DNA of 64,000 nt from Eledone cirrhosa. Lineage: Eukaryota. The first letter of the stretch is position 1. Each line of letters begins with the position of its first letter. The notes beneath the pieces were generated by a model. The model did not search any database. It had not been told where the DNA came from and was given only the letters and a program-made list of their open reading frames with translations. The DNA is taken from the NCBI GenBank assembly GCA_964016885.1, contig OZ024747.1:992001-1056000 (forward strand). Direction: 5' to 3'. Positions 1-12,585 of the stretch are shown in pieces. The position numbers were made by a program, and so were the translations under genes.

Positions 1-146
1 ACTTTGCTCCAGATTCTTACGGATTGTTGTAAAAAAAAACTGAGTTTATTGATCAATTTAATAACATTGTTTGGTTTAGCCCCCTGCCTTGGCCGTCAGA
101 CGTTAAGTCAACAAATTTTCATCTAAAAACTGTAGACTTGGTGGCA

Positions 147-1916
147 ATGGATGCCATTTCCACCTCGCACACTGTCGTGAGTGCCACGCCCACTAAGAAA
201 AGTGGTGGAGGGAAGGTAGGAGTGCAAAGCTTGCAGCCGTCCCCCCTCGCATCATCGAAAAACGTGGAAAATATCGAAACCGCGAAACCAAATCCGGCAA
301 ATAATAGCAGCACCAACAACAAGAACAATGACAACAACACCACAACCAACAACTGCAACAATAGCAACACCAATATTACCAACAGTGACAGTAACACGAA
401 AGACAACAACACCAAAACAACATTTGCACAGACCGTAAAAAAAAACGAACTATACACGCCAATAGACATAACAAATGCTAAACAACTATTACAAGACGCA
501 AAACAATTCGTGACTTTTGGTGAAAACGGTGCTTTTAGCATTAATTCTCCACAGGAATTACGTAGAGAGGCTGTCCTGAAAACTGTGGTTTTCAGGACAA
601 TATCGAACGTAACAAGAAAACCAGCTCAATTATCACAAAATGAAATTGAGCTGGTTCTAAAAGACGCAATGAAGGACTTAACCTTCATACAAAAAGGTAA
701 ACTGTTTGGTAGCATTTCGGTGCTGATGAACAACCAGTCAACAGCACAAAAGTACTCGATAGCACCCATTGTGTCCCCCCCCCCCACTTCACCTTTTACC
801 CCACATACAGGGGGAAAAGGACACAAAGAATAAAAATAATGAGTATCACACCAAATGTAAACATTTGGTGGATACTATGTGGAATAATAAACTTTGACGA
901 AGACAAGATAATTTCAATAGGAAAGTCCTCCGGAGGTGTATTTGGTGGGACCACAGTAGAAGTTCTGGTGCAAATGAGCCCAGAACGAATAGCGAATATC
1001 CCACAACGCATGCCTCTGGACGGGCTAACTTATATAAACATTTCAGTGGAGGGAAGGCGGCCGTCATGTTTCCACTGCTTAAGCAGGGGTCACCTGAGGG
1101 CTGCCTGTCCTCAATTAACGAGTAAAAAAAAAAGGTTCTTCTGCCAACCCCGAACACAACAACACAACCACCACCACCAGCACCACCACAACAACACGGA
1201 AAAATAACAACACAAAACACTGTTCCACCCAACCCCTCCCCACCTAAAACAAATACAAAAGCAACCACAACAAAACCCCAAAATATACCCTTCCCCAACA
1301 ACACGGAAGAAGACTCCGTATCAACGTCACCCAGTGACGACGAACCCTTTCAACAGGTGAAAAGAAAAAAAAAAGGCACCACATTAACAAAAATGCCACA
1401 AACACACAGCCACCAGCACAAACAGAACAAACATCACAAATAAAAAAAACCACCCCTCCCCAAAACATAACACGTACTATAAAACGCAAACACCCGCAAG
1501 AACAACAAACAAAAACAAACACAACACAACAAAAACTCTATACATACATTAACAAGAACAATAAAACGTTGATGAAAGCGATAGAAAATAACCCTTCGGT
1601 GGAAACCGAAGGGATCACTTTCACCTACGCAGCGAACAAACCGCACCTAATGATGATTAGGGTCCCAACGGAAACCTATGTAACTTTGAAAAAGAACCAT
1701 CCAATGCATGTGGGGACCAACTGCACCAAACCACATAACAGCGTCCTATTGAGATGTTTCCCCACCCCCACACCAGACACCCACACCCCACCAAACACCC
1801 TAATCCCACCACACACTGATGTCCTCACCCCACCACAAACCACCACCCCACCAAACAACCCTTCCAACACCCCCATGGAAATTGTGCAGCCTGGCCCCCA
1901 GGAGACGAAGAGGTAA
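147..1916 (+). pseudogene. LINE ORF1 (Asn/Thr-rich N-terminus, CCHC zinc knuckle), frameshifted
   Basis: CFHCLSRGHLRAAC knuckle. Frame breaks at homopolymers C11 (~775-785) and A10 (~1124-1133). The restored frame FYPTYRGKRTQRIKI matches copy 2 MYPCHMGKRTARLRI. Confidence 0.8.
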
Positions 1917-1958
1917 GTAATTTCCTTTCCTCTTCCTTTTTACCTCTTCAGCACCAAC

Positions 1959-4900
1959 ATGGCCAATATAAGAGTTGGATGTGTGAATGCACGCGGCTTG
2001 GGGATGTCCTGGAAAAAGGGCAAACTCTTAAATGACCTCAGGTCGCATAGAGTGGATGTAATGGTTATTTGCGAGTCCAGGATCAGCAGCGAGCGCCAAC
2101 TGGCCCCCATCTTCGACGACTTTGAGATCTACGCATCTCTCTGTCAGCCGAGGGGTGGGGGTGGGGTTGTCGTTCTGCTGCGAAAATACCTGGGTCTTGC
2201 CACACAGAAGGTACACCTGGACCCGGAGGGTCGACTGGTGGTTTTAGACGTCGGCAGTGGTGAAGGTGGAGCTTTCAGGCTGGTGGCAGCGTATGCCCCA
2301 TCGGGGACACCGCGACCAGACTTCTTCCGACGCCTGGAGAATTTCCTGGGAACGTCTCGCTCCTTGCTTTTAGTGGGGGACTGGAATGGTATCCTGGATG
2401 TACGTTGGGACTATGTAGGGGCATGTCCCGATAGAGGGGGTTGTAACAGCCTCAAACGATTAATCGGCCGATTTGATCTGGCCGATAGATATCGACTGGA
2501 TTTTCCGCCTGTGCCACGGTGGACGTGGAGTAATCGCAGTGGAACATCCAGGTCGTACCTAGATAGGTTCCTAGTTAGAAATAAGGATAGGGCCATATTA
2601 AGCTGTCCACGAATGTTCATGGTTGACTATTCGGATCACAAGTTGTTGACCGGAGTGGTCAACCGTGATAGAACTCATAGACAGGGACCCGGTTACTGGA
2701 AGCTGAACTTGTCTTTACCGACAAACAAAGCTTACAGTAAGCGGATTAGCACACTAGTTAAGCAGCGTTTGACGGGGGCAATTGTCAACAACAGGTGGTG
2801 GGGCTCTCTCAAGAGAGAAATTAGAATAGAATCGATAGGTTTTAGTCGGGAATTAGCATCAGATAGGAATAGAACTGAAAGGGAATTAACAAATAGAGTA
2901 GAAGAGGCGATTAGGAGTGGCAACGTGGCCGGCGTGCTGGCATCAAGAACGGCCCTAGACCAGTTCTTTGATGCGAAGCACGAGGGCTGCGTTGTCAGGA
3001 GTAAAATACGTGCTCTGGGTAACGAGGGAGCCAAAGCTGTTAGCTGGGCCCGAGTGACAGAGGCAAAAAGTGGAAACAAGTCCACGATTCGGTCTTTGAA
3101 GGACCAGGATGGACGCGTGATCCTTGAACCTGAGCGGATGAGCGCGGCCTTTCAACGGCGCTTTGCACGACTGTTCGGGAGGGGCGGCGTGCCGGGTGGG
3201 GCCATGGATTTCGGTCCATACCTCGACGGTCTGGCGCGGCTCTCGGACGGGGAGGCGAAGTCCTGCGAGAGGCCGATTTCAGCCGCTGAAATAGGGGAAG
3301 CGCTGAGCCAATGCGGCAAACGCAAATCTCCGGGTCTCGATGGTCTACCATACGAACTTTATGTAGCGATGCCGGGCTTGTTCTCCGGTCTCCTCGAGGC
3401 GGTCTACTGCAACTGGCAACAGAACGGGAGAATTCCCAGTTCTGTGACCAAGGGCGTAGTCACGCTGGTGAGGAAGGACGAGAACAAGGGGTATGACATA
3501 GATAACTTCAGGCCCATAACTCTGCTAAACACAGAGTTAAAGATTTTGGCCAAGGTGTTAGCGAAGAGGTTGGCGCTTGTCGTCGGGAACCTGGTGGGAG
3601 AAGCGCAGACATGCGCAATCCCGTCCAGGTCCATACACGACAACCTCCACCTCATGCGATACATCGTAGAGAGGGTAGGGAACGAACCCGGCTTTGGTGG
3701 GGCCCTGATCAACTTGGATCAATCTAAAGCGTTCGATAGGGTTGACCATCGGTACCTGGATGCGGTGCTCGTGGCGGCAGGCTTCGGACCCGTTTTCAGG
3801 GGCTGAATTGCTGCAATGCACAGCAGCAACACCTGCTCGAGGGTCAAGGTGAACGGCTACCTCTCGGAGCCGTTCCAAATCACGCGATCCATTCGACAGG
3901 GATGCCCTCTCTCCTCCCTCCTGTATGTGCTGGCTCTCGAGCCACTACTGAGGAAGCTGGAGCTGTTGCAGGGCATCCCCTTGGAACCGGGATTGCGGAA
4001 AGCGGTGTCGGCCTACGCCGATGACGTGACAGTAATGGTGTCGTGCGCCTCGGAAATCGCGCAGATCGGCACCTTACTGGAGGAATATGAAAGGTTCACA
4101 GGAGCCAAGCTGAACCGGGACAAGTCCGTCGGTTTGCAACTCGGGACGTGGAGGGGCAAAACGATGCCCTCCGACGGCATCGTCGGACGCTGGACGGAGG
4201 GACCGGTGAAGCTGCTCGGGGTCTGGTTCGGACCGGACCTCCAGGTGGAGAAAAACTGGGACGAGGTAACGGGCAAGGTGTTTGCACTCGCCCAGAAGTG
4301 GGCCGAGTGCAAACTATCCCTGAAAGGTCGAGCGGAGGTGGCGAACGCTTATATAGCATCCGTCATCTACTACCGCTTGACCGTCGTGCCTTGCCCAGAG
4401 AAAACACTCGCCAAAATGGAGTGCGCGCTCTTCCGATTTCTTTGGAAGAAGCGGGCTCCTTTGGTGAGAAGATCCATCTGCTGTCAACACCCTTCGAACG
4501 GAGGGCTGGGGATGCCGTGGCTGACGATGCGTAGACACGCATTAAGGCTACGGCACCTCCAGGTATTCCTCACCGGTCAGCCGGTGTGGGCCCTGTTTGT
4601 GAGGCGAGCCTTTCCGAGACTCGTCTCACTCACCGAGCTGCAATCCTGGGTCAAGCAAAGACCGAGAAAAGTGGGCGACTGGCACATTGAATGTGCCCAG
4701 GCGCTCACGGCCCTCTGGCAAGCGGATCCGGCAATCAGTGGAGACTCAACCTCAACATTCTATAGAGGGTTGGTGCGCAGTAAGTGCGACGACGCTCTCG
4801 GAGAGGCTCTGGGCATGGAGGAAGACGAGCTGGCCAGTCTGTTCGGTAGGACGTTTGGCCCGGGACCAATGGACAACTTCCAAAAGTCCCTGGCTTGGCA

Positions 4901-5396
4901 ATGTTACCGAGGAGCTCTACCCGTTCGGGACAAGCTCTACAGACACGGGCGCCCGGCTAGGGACCCCTCGAAGAAGATCTGTCCAAGATGCGTGCGGGAC
5001 GAAGAAACCGTCGCACACGCATTCGTACACTGCCCGGGCGTTGCTGACCTGTGGGGCTATGTAGAACGACGACTGTCGCGGGTGGGACCAATCCGGTTGA
5101 CCACCGAGAACATTGTCACAATCAAACCGCCTCCCCCTTTCAAAAACGAAGGAGAGGCGGTTTTCCTCTGTGTGATAGCCATGGCGAAAGAAGTTGTATG
5201 GTGGACAAGGTTGAAAGGGCTGAGGTCAGACACCTATCTCTCCGGCCAACAACTGGTCTTTTTTTTCAAGTACCACTTTAGAAGAAGGATCAGAATGGAG
5301 AGAGAGGTGCTCTACCCCAGCAAGTTTTATGAAAGATGGGTGAAAGTAGCGAGAATGGCCCGAGTGAATGGGCCTTCTCTCTATATCAGCCTGTAG
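1959..5396 (+). pseudogene. LINE ORF2 (APE endonuclease - reverse transcriptase - zinc finger) with a single in-frame stop
   Basis: Endonuclease motifs VGDWN, SYLDRFL, SDH; RT motifs FRPITLLN, DQSKAFD, RQGCPLS, YADD; CPRC...HAFVHC. ORFs 1959-3806 and 3816-5396 are in the same frame, separated by TGA 3804-3806 where copies 2 and 3 encode Trp. Confidence 0.95.
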
Positions 5397-5842
5397 GTGA
5401 GAGAGGAGAAGAATGAGAAGAGGAAGGAAGCACCCGCTCTTTGTGCACCTGAAGAGGAGGGTTGCACATTTTTTCGGGGGTGTGTGCGACCCATGTCAAC
5501 GCCCCTCCCTATTGAGGACATCGATTGTTAAATTTAATTTGTTATATGTTTTTTACACGTCTTTTTAAATGTATGTAAACTCCCCCCTTTGTATTTGTTC
5601 CAATCTTTGATGCCCTGGTGGCAAATAAATAGAAATATATATCTACCATGCAACACTCTCTCATTCATCCTCACTCTATTTATTACCACCAAACTCTCCG
5701 CCTCTCTATATATATCCCTCCCATCTGTCTCTACATAATATGTACATAAGTTGTAGTCCATTTACAAATAGATGTGTCTTTTGGTAGTTTGGGGCGAAAA
5801 ATATAATTATTGGGTGGAGTGTGGGGGGGGGGGGGGGGGGTT

Positions 5843-5853
5843 ATATACATATA

Positions 5854-5902
<49 letters not shown>

Positions 5903-6006
5903 TTACATACATATATATACATACATATATTTACATATATATATATATACATACATATACATACATATATTTACATATATATATATACATACATATATTT
6001 ACATAC

Positions 6007-6082
<76 letters not shown>

Positions 6083-6284
6083 TTACATACATATATATAC
6101 ATACATATATATACATATATATATACATACATATATTTACATACATATGTATACATACATATATATACATACATATATTTACATATATATATATATACAT
6201 ACATGTATATACATACATATATATATATATATACATATATATATACATATATATACATACATATATATATATACATATATATAC

Positions 6285-6332
<48 letters not shown>

Positions 6333-6410
6333 TTACATACATATATTTACATACATATATATACATACATATATATACATATATATATATACATACATAT
6401 ATTTACATAC

Positions 6411-6461
<51 letters not shown>

Positions 6462-6507
6462 CATATATGTACATACATATATTTACATATATGTACATAC
6501 ATATATT

Positions 6508-6538
<31 letters not shown>

Positions 6539-6542
6539 ATAC
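5843..6542. repeat. (TA/TACA)n microsatellite
   Basis: Direct reading of the sequence. Confidence 0.95.
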
Positions 6543-7149
6543 ATGGTGGCTGCCAACTCGTTTTCGAGTACGGCCACTACTTTATATCCATGTAAGAGAA
6601 CCTCTACCGATGCGCTGAACAAGTGTGACTTTTTAGTCCAGCCAGCGACTTGAAAACTCTGGTACAAACACTACACTTGTGACAATTATTGACACATAGT
6701 GCTGGGCCCATGGTACCATGTGACAAGTGCAGAGAGATCTCCAGATATAAAGCAATGCCTGTGCCGTGAAGCTTTTATAGTGAGCAAAGGCACTGCACAA
6801 AGCCAGTCCCGCTCTCTTAACCAAGATGATATTTACCAAAAAGAAGAACAAGTCAACATCATTGGATACCATCAGAGTTGCAGGTGTTATATCAGAGTTT
6901 TCCTTCTTTTAGAATTGTCCCTGACAAAGGCTAAGGGGTCATCTCTCCTGGTGATTTTGGATGGCCATTGACTCTTAAGAGCTCCTTTGCCCTTTGACAG
7001 GTTTTGTTTTTAGTCCTGCAGGATGTCCAAAGTCACCCTCCTCACCAAGAAACCTTGGTGGGGTTGCCAGTTTAGTCGCCAACGACCCGACAATGAGACA
7101 GGTTGTACTGGGATACATGTTACCATTAGCACCAATTGGTGACCTGACA
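6543..7149 (-). mobile_element. Non-autonomous RTE-derived retroelement of about 600 bp (copy 1)
   Basis: Near-identical to 49843-50396 and 54769-55363. The 3' part encodes an RTE-like terminal C2H2 finger ([17 protein letters not shown]) and ends in an (ATGT)n-type tail. Confidence 0.75.
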
Positions 7150-7289
7150 TACATATATATACATACATATATACATACATACATATATATACATACATAT
7201 ATATTTACATACATATATATATAGAGAGATATGTAAAATCCCGACCGCGGCGCCAAGTGATTTCGGCTTGTGTGTTTAGGGAGCCTTTA

Positions 7290-8178
7290 TATACACCACA
7301 TATATATATATATCACATATATATACCACACATATATATAGCACATATATATATATCACATATATATACCACACATATATATAGCACATATATATATACC
7401 ATACATATATAAATACACCACATATATATATAGCACATATATATATACAACACATATATATACCACACATATATATAGCACATATAGATATATACACCAC
7501 ATATATATATACCACACATATATACCACACATATATATACCACACATACATACACCACATATATATACACCACATTTATATATACCACACATATATATAC
7601 ACCACATATATATATATACCACATATATATACACCACATATATATATATACCACATATATATACCACACCACATATATATACACCACATATATATATCAC
7701 ACATATATATACACCACATATATATACACCACATATATATACACCACATATATATATACCACATATATATACCACACATATATATACACCACATATATAT
7801 ACCACACATATATATACACCACATATATATACACCACATATATATATACATATAGCACATATATATACCACACATATATATATAGCACATATATATACCA
7901 CACATATATATACACCACATATATATACCACACATACATACACCACATATATATACACCACACATATATACCACATATATATATAGCACATATATATACC
8001 ACACATATATATACACCACATATATATACACTATATATATACACCACATATATATACACTATATATATACACCACATATATATACACCACATATATACAC
8101 CACATATACACCACATATATAGACCACATATATACACCACATATATACACCACATATATATATACACCACATATATAC
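7290..8178. repeat. Compound (TATA-CACCACA) minisatellite
   Basis: Direct reading of the sequence. Confidence 0.9.
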
Positions 8179-8181
8179 AGA

Positions 8182-8260
8182 CACCGTAGCGTTGTGTGGC
8201 TATGCATGTGACCAGGGATTTACACATAGAAAGTTCGAATCCCTGGCCCAAGTCCGGGCA
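8182..8260 (+). mobile_element. tRNA-derived SINE head fragment
   Basis: B-box GTTCGAATCCC at about 8233-8243 with a T-arm-like stem; no full cloverleaf. Confidence 0.4.
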
Positions 8261-9509
8261 AGATTTGTTTATGGAAACGACACAGTACAATGAAGAAATA
8301 TATTAGTTATACGCTTGATATAGAAAGGAAAGAGTCTTAATGTTTCGGACGCTAGTCTTTCGTCAGAGGATAGAATGAGAAATTATAGAATAGAAAGATA
8401 TATATAATTGTGTGTGTATGTGCGTGTGAGTGTATTTGTGTGTGTGTGTGTGAGTGTATTTGTGTGTATGTGTGTGCGTGTGTGTGTTTCTGTGACTGTC
8501 TATGTGTGTGTCTGTGACTGTCTATGTGTGCTATGTGTGTGTGTGTGTGTCTATGTGTGTGTCTGTCTATGTGTGTGTGTCTATGTCTATGTGTGTATAT
8601 GTGTGTAGTACAGTAACACAGTACCGTATACCATTACACACTAGTGTACAATAATATAGTAGATATTTTTCTCCCATTATTTAACGGAATCATCATTTTT
8701 TTATATTGCATAGATAATTAAGGGAGGATATTTAGCTGTTATATCTAGCGTGATGAGTATCTGTGAAGAAGATTCTATGTTTTCCTCCATTGTTTTGTTC
8801 CAATTGTTTTCATTGTTGTTGATATTGCAGTTGTTGTTGTTTCCCAAACTGTTGCTCTCTATATACTGTATATATTGTTGGTGGACTAACTGCAGGTTTC
8901 CTGTTATTAACGGAAGTGACATTCCCAGCAACCAATAACCCTTACGTCACAGGGACTTGTCATTTGGGTTCTCTTATATCTACACAGGCACACCCCCAAA
9001 ATATATTTAGAGACAAACACAGGCACACACACACACATATATATACACACACACGGGCACAGGAACACACACAAGTGCGTACAGGAACACACACGCATTC
9101 ACAGTTTTCCGAATATATAGCTACACAATACATATATACATATTATATATATATATATACAAACACACACACAGACATATATACATACATACATACACAC
9201 AGACAGACATACACACACATACATATATAAACAGACATACACGAATGATATGGATGTACATATGTATGTATACATACATAAATACATGCACGCTCACACA
9301 CTCACACATACACACACTCGTATAAGGGATCGTACATGCTTTATGTGATATCGATAACACAAGGAATAGAGTGGATGCAGCATCCCGGAACAATTAACAA
9401 CATATAATCTTAAAACAATAAATTGTGAAAACTTGATATTATGTATAGATTTATAGCACAGATTGAAAGTTTCAGCAACCAATTTCTGCTCTCATCCTAA
9501 AATGGGATC

Positions 9510-9557
<48 letters not shown>

Positions 9558-9589
9558 ATAAATGGAAACTATCTTTATAAAGCCATATT

Positions 9590-9650
9590 TATTTTATTAT
9601 ATATATTTTAAGGGTACCAGTATTTTGGTACGCTATCGTCAGATAAAATA
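9590..9650 (-). ncRNA. Type I hammerhead ribozyme, mutated (GAAA to AAAA), in a Penelope pLTR fragment
   Basis: tattttat-CTGACGA-stem II-AAAA-tatata-TA-ataaaata; homologous to the intact motif at 25093-25157. Confidence 0.7.
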
Positions 9651-9729
9651 CAATAATCGGTTTACAGATAAGGACATATATTTACATATGAACTTAATGT
9701 TATGAGTTCCATGTAAATATATAAATATA

Positions 9730-9870
9730 TCCAGAATTAGCCGTCGAAACGGCTTGAGCTCAGCCGTCGGGGTCTTACTGGTTCCTATTACCCACTCTAC
9801 TACCCTAAGTATTGAGTACTTTAGTGCGTTATGGTCCACCTGGTTCCTTACCACATTTCCTTCGTTATAT
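9730..9870 (+). mobile_element. Penelope pLTR fragment carrying the 3' half of an HHR, inverted relative to 9891-9941
   Basis: tagccgtc-GAAA-cggc...gccg-TC-ggggtc; same family as 31427-31626 and 60637-60772. Confidence 0.7.
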
Positions 9871-9890
9871 AAATATATATATATAGGAGA

Positions 9891-11135
9891 AAGTATGACC
9901 CCGGCGGCAGAGCTCAAGCCGTTTCGACGGCTATTTCTGGACTAAAGTAAGAGTTTTTCGTCTGGTAAATAAATAGCCGAACTTTTCAAGGGGTACTTCC
10001 TTATATGGGAAGATTGTAGTTGTCAAGAGGAAAGGTCAAAATTTGTAGCAGACACAGACACGTCTATCATGGCAGTGGGGGTGGCTGAACTTGCCTGTAG
10101 AACGATAGTGGAGTGGGTAGAGCCGGTCAAACGTTGAAGGTGAAATCTATACGGCAAATTCTAAGGAATGTGTATGAAAGTAGGCCAGGGGAGGTAGGTG
10201 AAAAAAGTTTTTTTTTTAGAAAAAGGAGGAGGGACATTATAGAATTGGTAAATCAAATGAGATTAGGAGACAATGAAAAAATATAAAAAAGAATATAATA
10301 AAAAATGAGAGAAAGATGTATCAGAATGTAAGATTGGAAAGTGAGAAGTGAAATAAAACAAAAACTAAGAAGTCTAACACAGCTGCTATATTTAGTTGGT
10401 TCTGCTTTTTCGGCCAATGCTATAGAATGAGTTGCTAGATGAGAATGATTGAAAATTGGGTATTAAAAATTAATACAACATCTCTGGGGTCTAACACAGC
10501 TGCTATGAATAGTTAGTATAGCGTAATCGGCGAATGCTATCTGTAAGTTACTGGGGTGGGGGTACTGAGGCCAAAGGGGCCCGGTGGGCTGCCTCGGGGT
10601 AGGCGAAAGGGAAAAAAACCCAAAAAAACGAACGAGGAAGAAGTTCGGTGGTGGAAAGAAGTGATAGGAGGAGACAAAGGGAAGAAGAAAACACAGAGGA
10701 AAAGAGAAGAGGTACATCTACCTACATCAGTTGGAGTTTCCCCTATCTTATTCGGCAAGTGGGGTGTTTCAGCCCTTGTCTACGCACCCGGATCGTTAGG
10801 GGGTTTGATGGCGAGGTAAGTCTTCCGCAATCTGTGTTTGCATGCAGTTACCAGTTCGTCTTTTTTGTTTAGGCGTTGACCCTTCGTAAACAGCATTTGT
10901 AATGTTTCCTCCGAGCATAAGTTACACGGACGGCGTCCTCCCGTGTAAGAGTTAGCTCTGGGCAGTAAGCTCCAAGTAAGATACATTGCTGTTGAAGAGG
11001 GAAAGCTTCGGGCTTACGGCAAGAGCACCCTGGTGGGGTGTTGCTCTTAGAGCTGTTGGTGATGTGGGCCTTCATGTTCTTAGCGCAGGAGTATCCTAGT
11101 TTTACTTTATGTCGGAGCCACGTATAGTCCCTCAA
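9891..11135 (-). mobile_element. Penelope-like element 3' fragment (deleted GIY-YIG region, 3' UTR, degenerate HHR)
   Basis: Translates KVKLGYSCAKNM...CSCRKPEAFPLQQQC, then LTWSLL...CNLCSEE...LNKKDELVTACKH, paralleling the C-terminus of the 26177-28130 ORF. HHR-like fold at 9891-9998. Confidence 0.75.
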
Positions 11136-11900
11136 GGTAGTGGTGGTGGTAGTGGTAGTGGTGGTAGTGTTGGTAGTGGTAGTGGTGGTGGTGGTGGTGG
11201 TGGTGGTGGTGGGGTAGTGGTGGTGTTGGGGTAGTGATGGTGGTGGTGGTAGGGCAGTGGTGGTGGTTGGTAGGGCAGTGGTGGTGTGGTGGTGGCAGTG
11301 GTGGTTGTGGTGGTGGTGGTGGTGGTAGTGGTGGTGGTGGTAGGGCAGTGGTGGTGGTGGTGGTGATGGTAGTGGTGGTGGTGGTGGTGGGGTAGTAGTG
11401 GTGGTGGTGGTAGTGGTGGTGGTGGTGGTGGTAGGGCAGTGATGGTGGTGGTGGCGGTGGTGGTGTTGGTGGTGGTGTTGTTGGTGGTGGTAGGGCAGTG
11501 GTGGTGGTGGTAGAACAGTGGTGGTGGTGGTGATGTCGTTGGATAGAAACAATAACAATTATTTGCTATTTAAGAAATCGATAATTTTATAATTTCACCA
11601 AATATTCAATCAGAGATGGATTTTTAATTTGTATTGATTGATGGCTGACCTACATGTGATGGTGGTGGTGGTGGTATGGTGGTATGGTGGTGGTATGGTG
11701 GTGGTGGTGGTATGGTGCTGGTGGTATGGTGGTGTCGTGGTGTTGTTGTGGAGTGTTATCTTGGTGTGATGGTGTGGTGGTGGTATTGTGCTGGGATGAT
11801 GTAGTGTGGTAGTACGGTGGTGTGGTGGTATGGTGGTGTGGTGGTGGTGGTATGGTGGTGTGGTGGTGGGGGTATGGTGTGGTGGTGGTGGTATGGTGGT
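11136..11900. repeat. (GGT)n-rich arrays (about 11136-11535 and 11655-11900)
   Basis: Direct reading of the sequence. Confidence 0.9.
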
Positions 11901-11914
11901 GTGTTAACTTGGTA

Positions 11915-12480
11915 TAATCTTCTTCGCCCACTTATTCCTGAGATGGTCGTGGGGTGACAGAGTCCTCAAACACTCCTTCCAGCAAGTCCTATCAGAAGCA
12001 ACCATCTCCAACTAATCCAGCTGGATCCCCAAATGAGATCAGCCAAGTTCATGGATGTTATCCAACCCTCTTGTTCGGGGTCTACCCCTGGGTCTCCTGC
12101 CAGCTGGTTTTGCCTGTAAAATCTGTCCAGAGATTCTTTCCTGAGACATTCTAACCACATAGCCATAGTATCAGAGCTGTGATCTCTCAATTCGGAGAAG
12201 TAGCGGCTCTACCTGGAGTGACTCTGCAGTTCTACCTGGAGTGACTCTGTAGTTCTACCTGGAGTGTCTCTGTAGTTCTACCTGGAGTGACTCTGCAGTT
12301 CTACCTGGAGTGACTCTGTAGTTTTACCTGGAGTGTCTCTGTAGTTCTACCTGGAGTGTCTCTGTAGTTCTACCTGGAGTGACTCTGCAGTTCTACCTGG
12401 AGTGACTCTCTGATCTCCGAGTTACACACTCTATCGAGTAATGTTACTCCAGAGACCTTTCGGAGGAACCATAGCACATC
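11915..12480 (-). mobile_element. RTE-clade LINE 3' fragment, decayed, with an internal 23-bp expansion
   Basis: Minus strand gives approximately FLRKVSGVTLLDRV.NSEIRESLQVE...LRIERSQL.YYGYVVRMSQER...GRRPRGRPRTR, a typical RTE C-terminus. Confidence 0.8.
12208..12410. repeat. 23-bp tandem repeat TCTACCTGGAGTGACTCTGYAGT, about 8.8 copies
   Basis: Period 23 counted directly. Confidence 0.95.
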
Positions 12481-12585
12481 GCGCGTGTTGGGGACACGTT
12501 CAGACCTTAGGTAGAGGGGGCCCGTTCGAAAAATATATTGCAGTCTCTATTTCATGCCACAAAAACTAACAATGGGCTTGCGACC

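Larger units (their letters stand above)
1..5635 (+). mobile_element. L1/Tx1-type non-LTR retrotransposon, near full length (copy 1)
   Basis: ORF1 with CCHC knuckle followed by ORF2 (APE endonuclease, RT, C-terminal Zn finger); 3' UTR ends near AATAAA at about 5627-5632. The 5' boundary is uncertain. Confidence 0.92.

Noticed and set aside
3804-3806. In-frame TGA as selenocysteine or an alternative genetic code
   Set aside because: Paralogous copies have TGG (Trp) here, so a simple nonsense mutation explains it.
5449-5480. CTGAAGA in the L1 3' UTR as a hammerhead core
   Set aside because: No downstream GAAA or closing stems.
8182-8260. tRNA gene
   Set aside because: Only a B box and T-arm-like stem are present; no acceptor stem or cloverleaf.
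8325-8372. CTGACGA...GAAAC on the minus strand
   Set aside because: Stem II is plausible but there is no NUH site or stem I complementarity; at most a decayed relic.
8701-8790. ILITLDITAKYP as an RT motif A fragment
   Set aside because: Too short, and it overlaps a SINE-like string (tttagctg.tat.tctagc) also seen near 57350.
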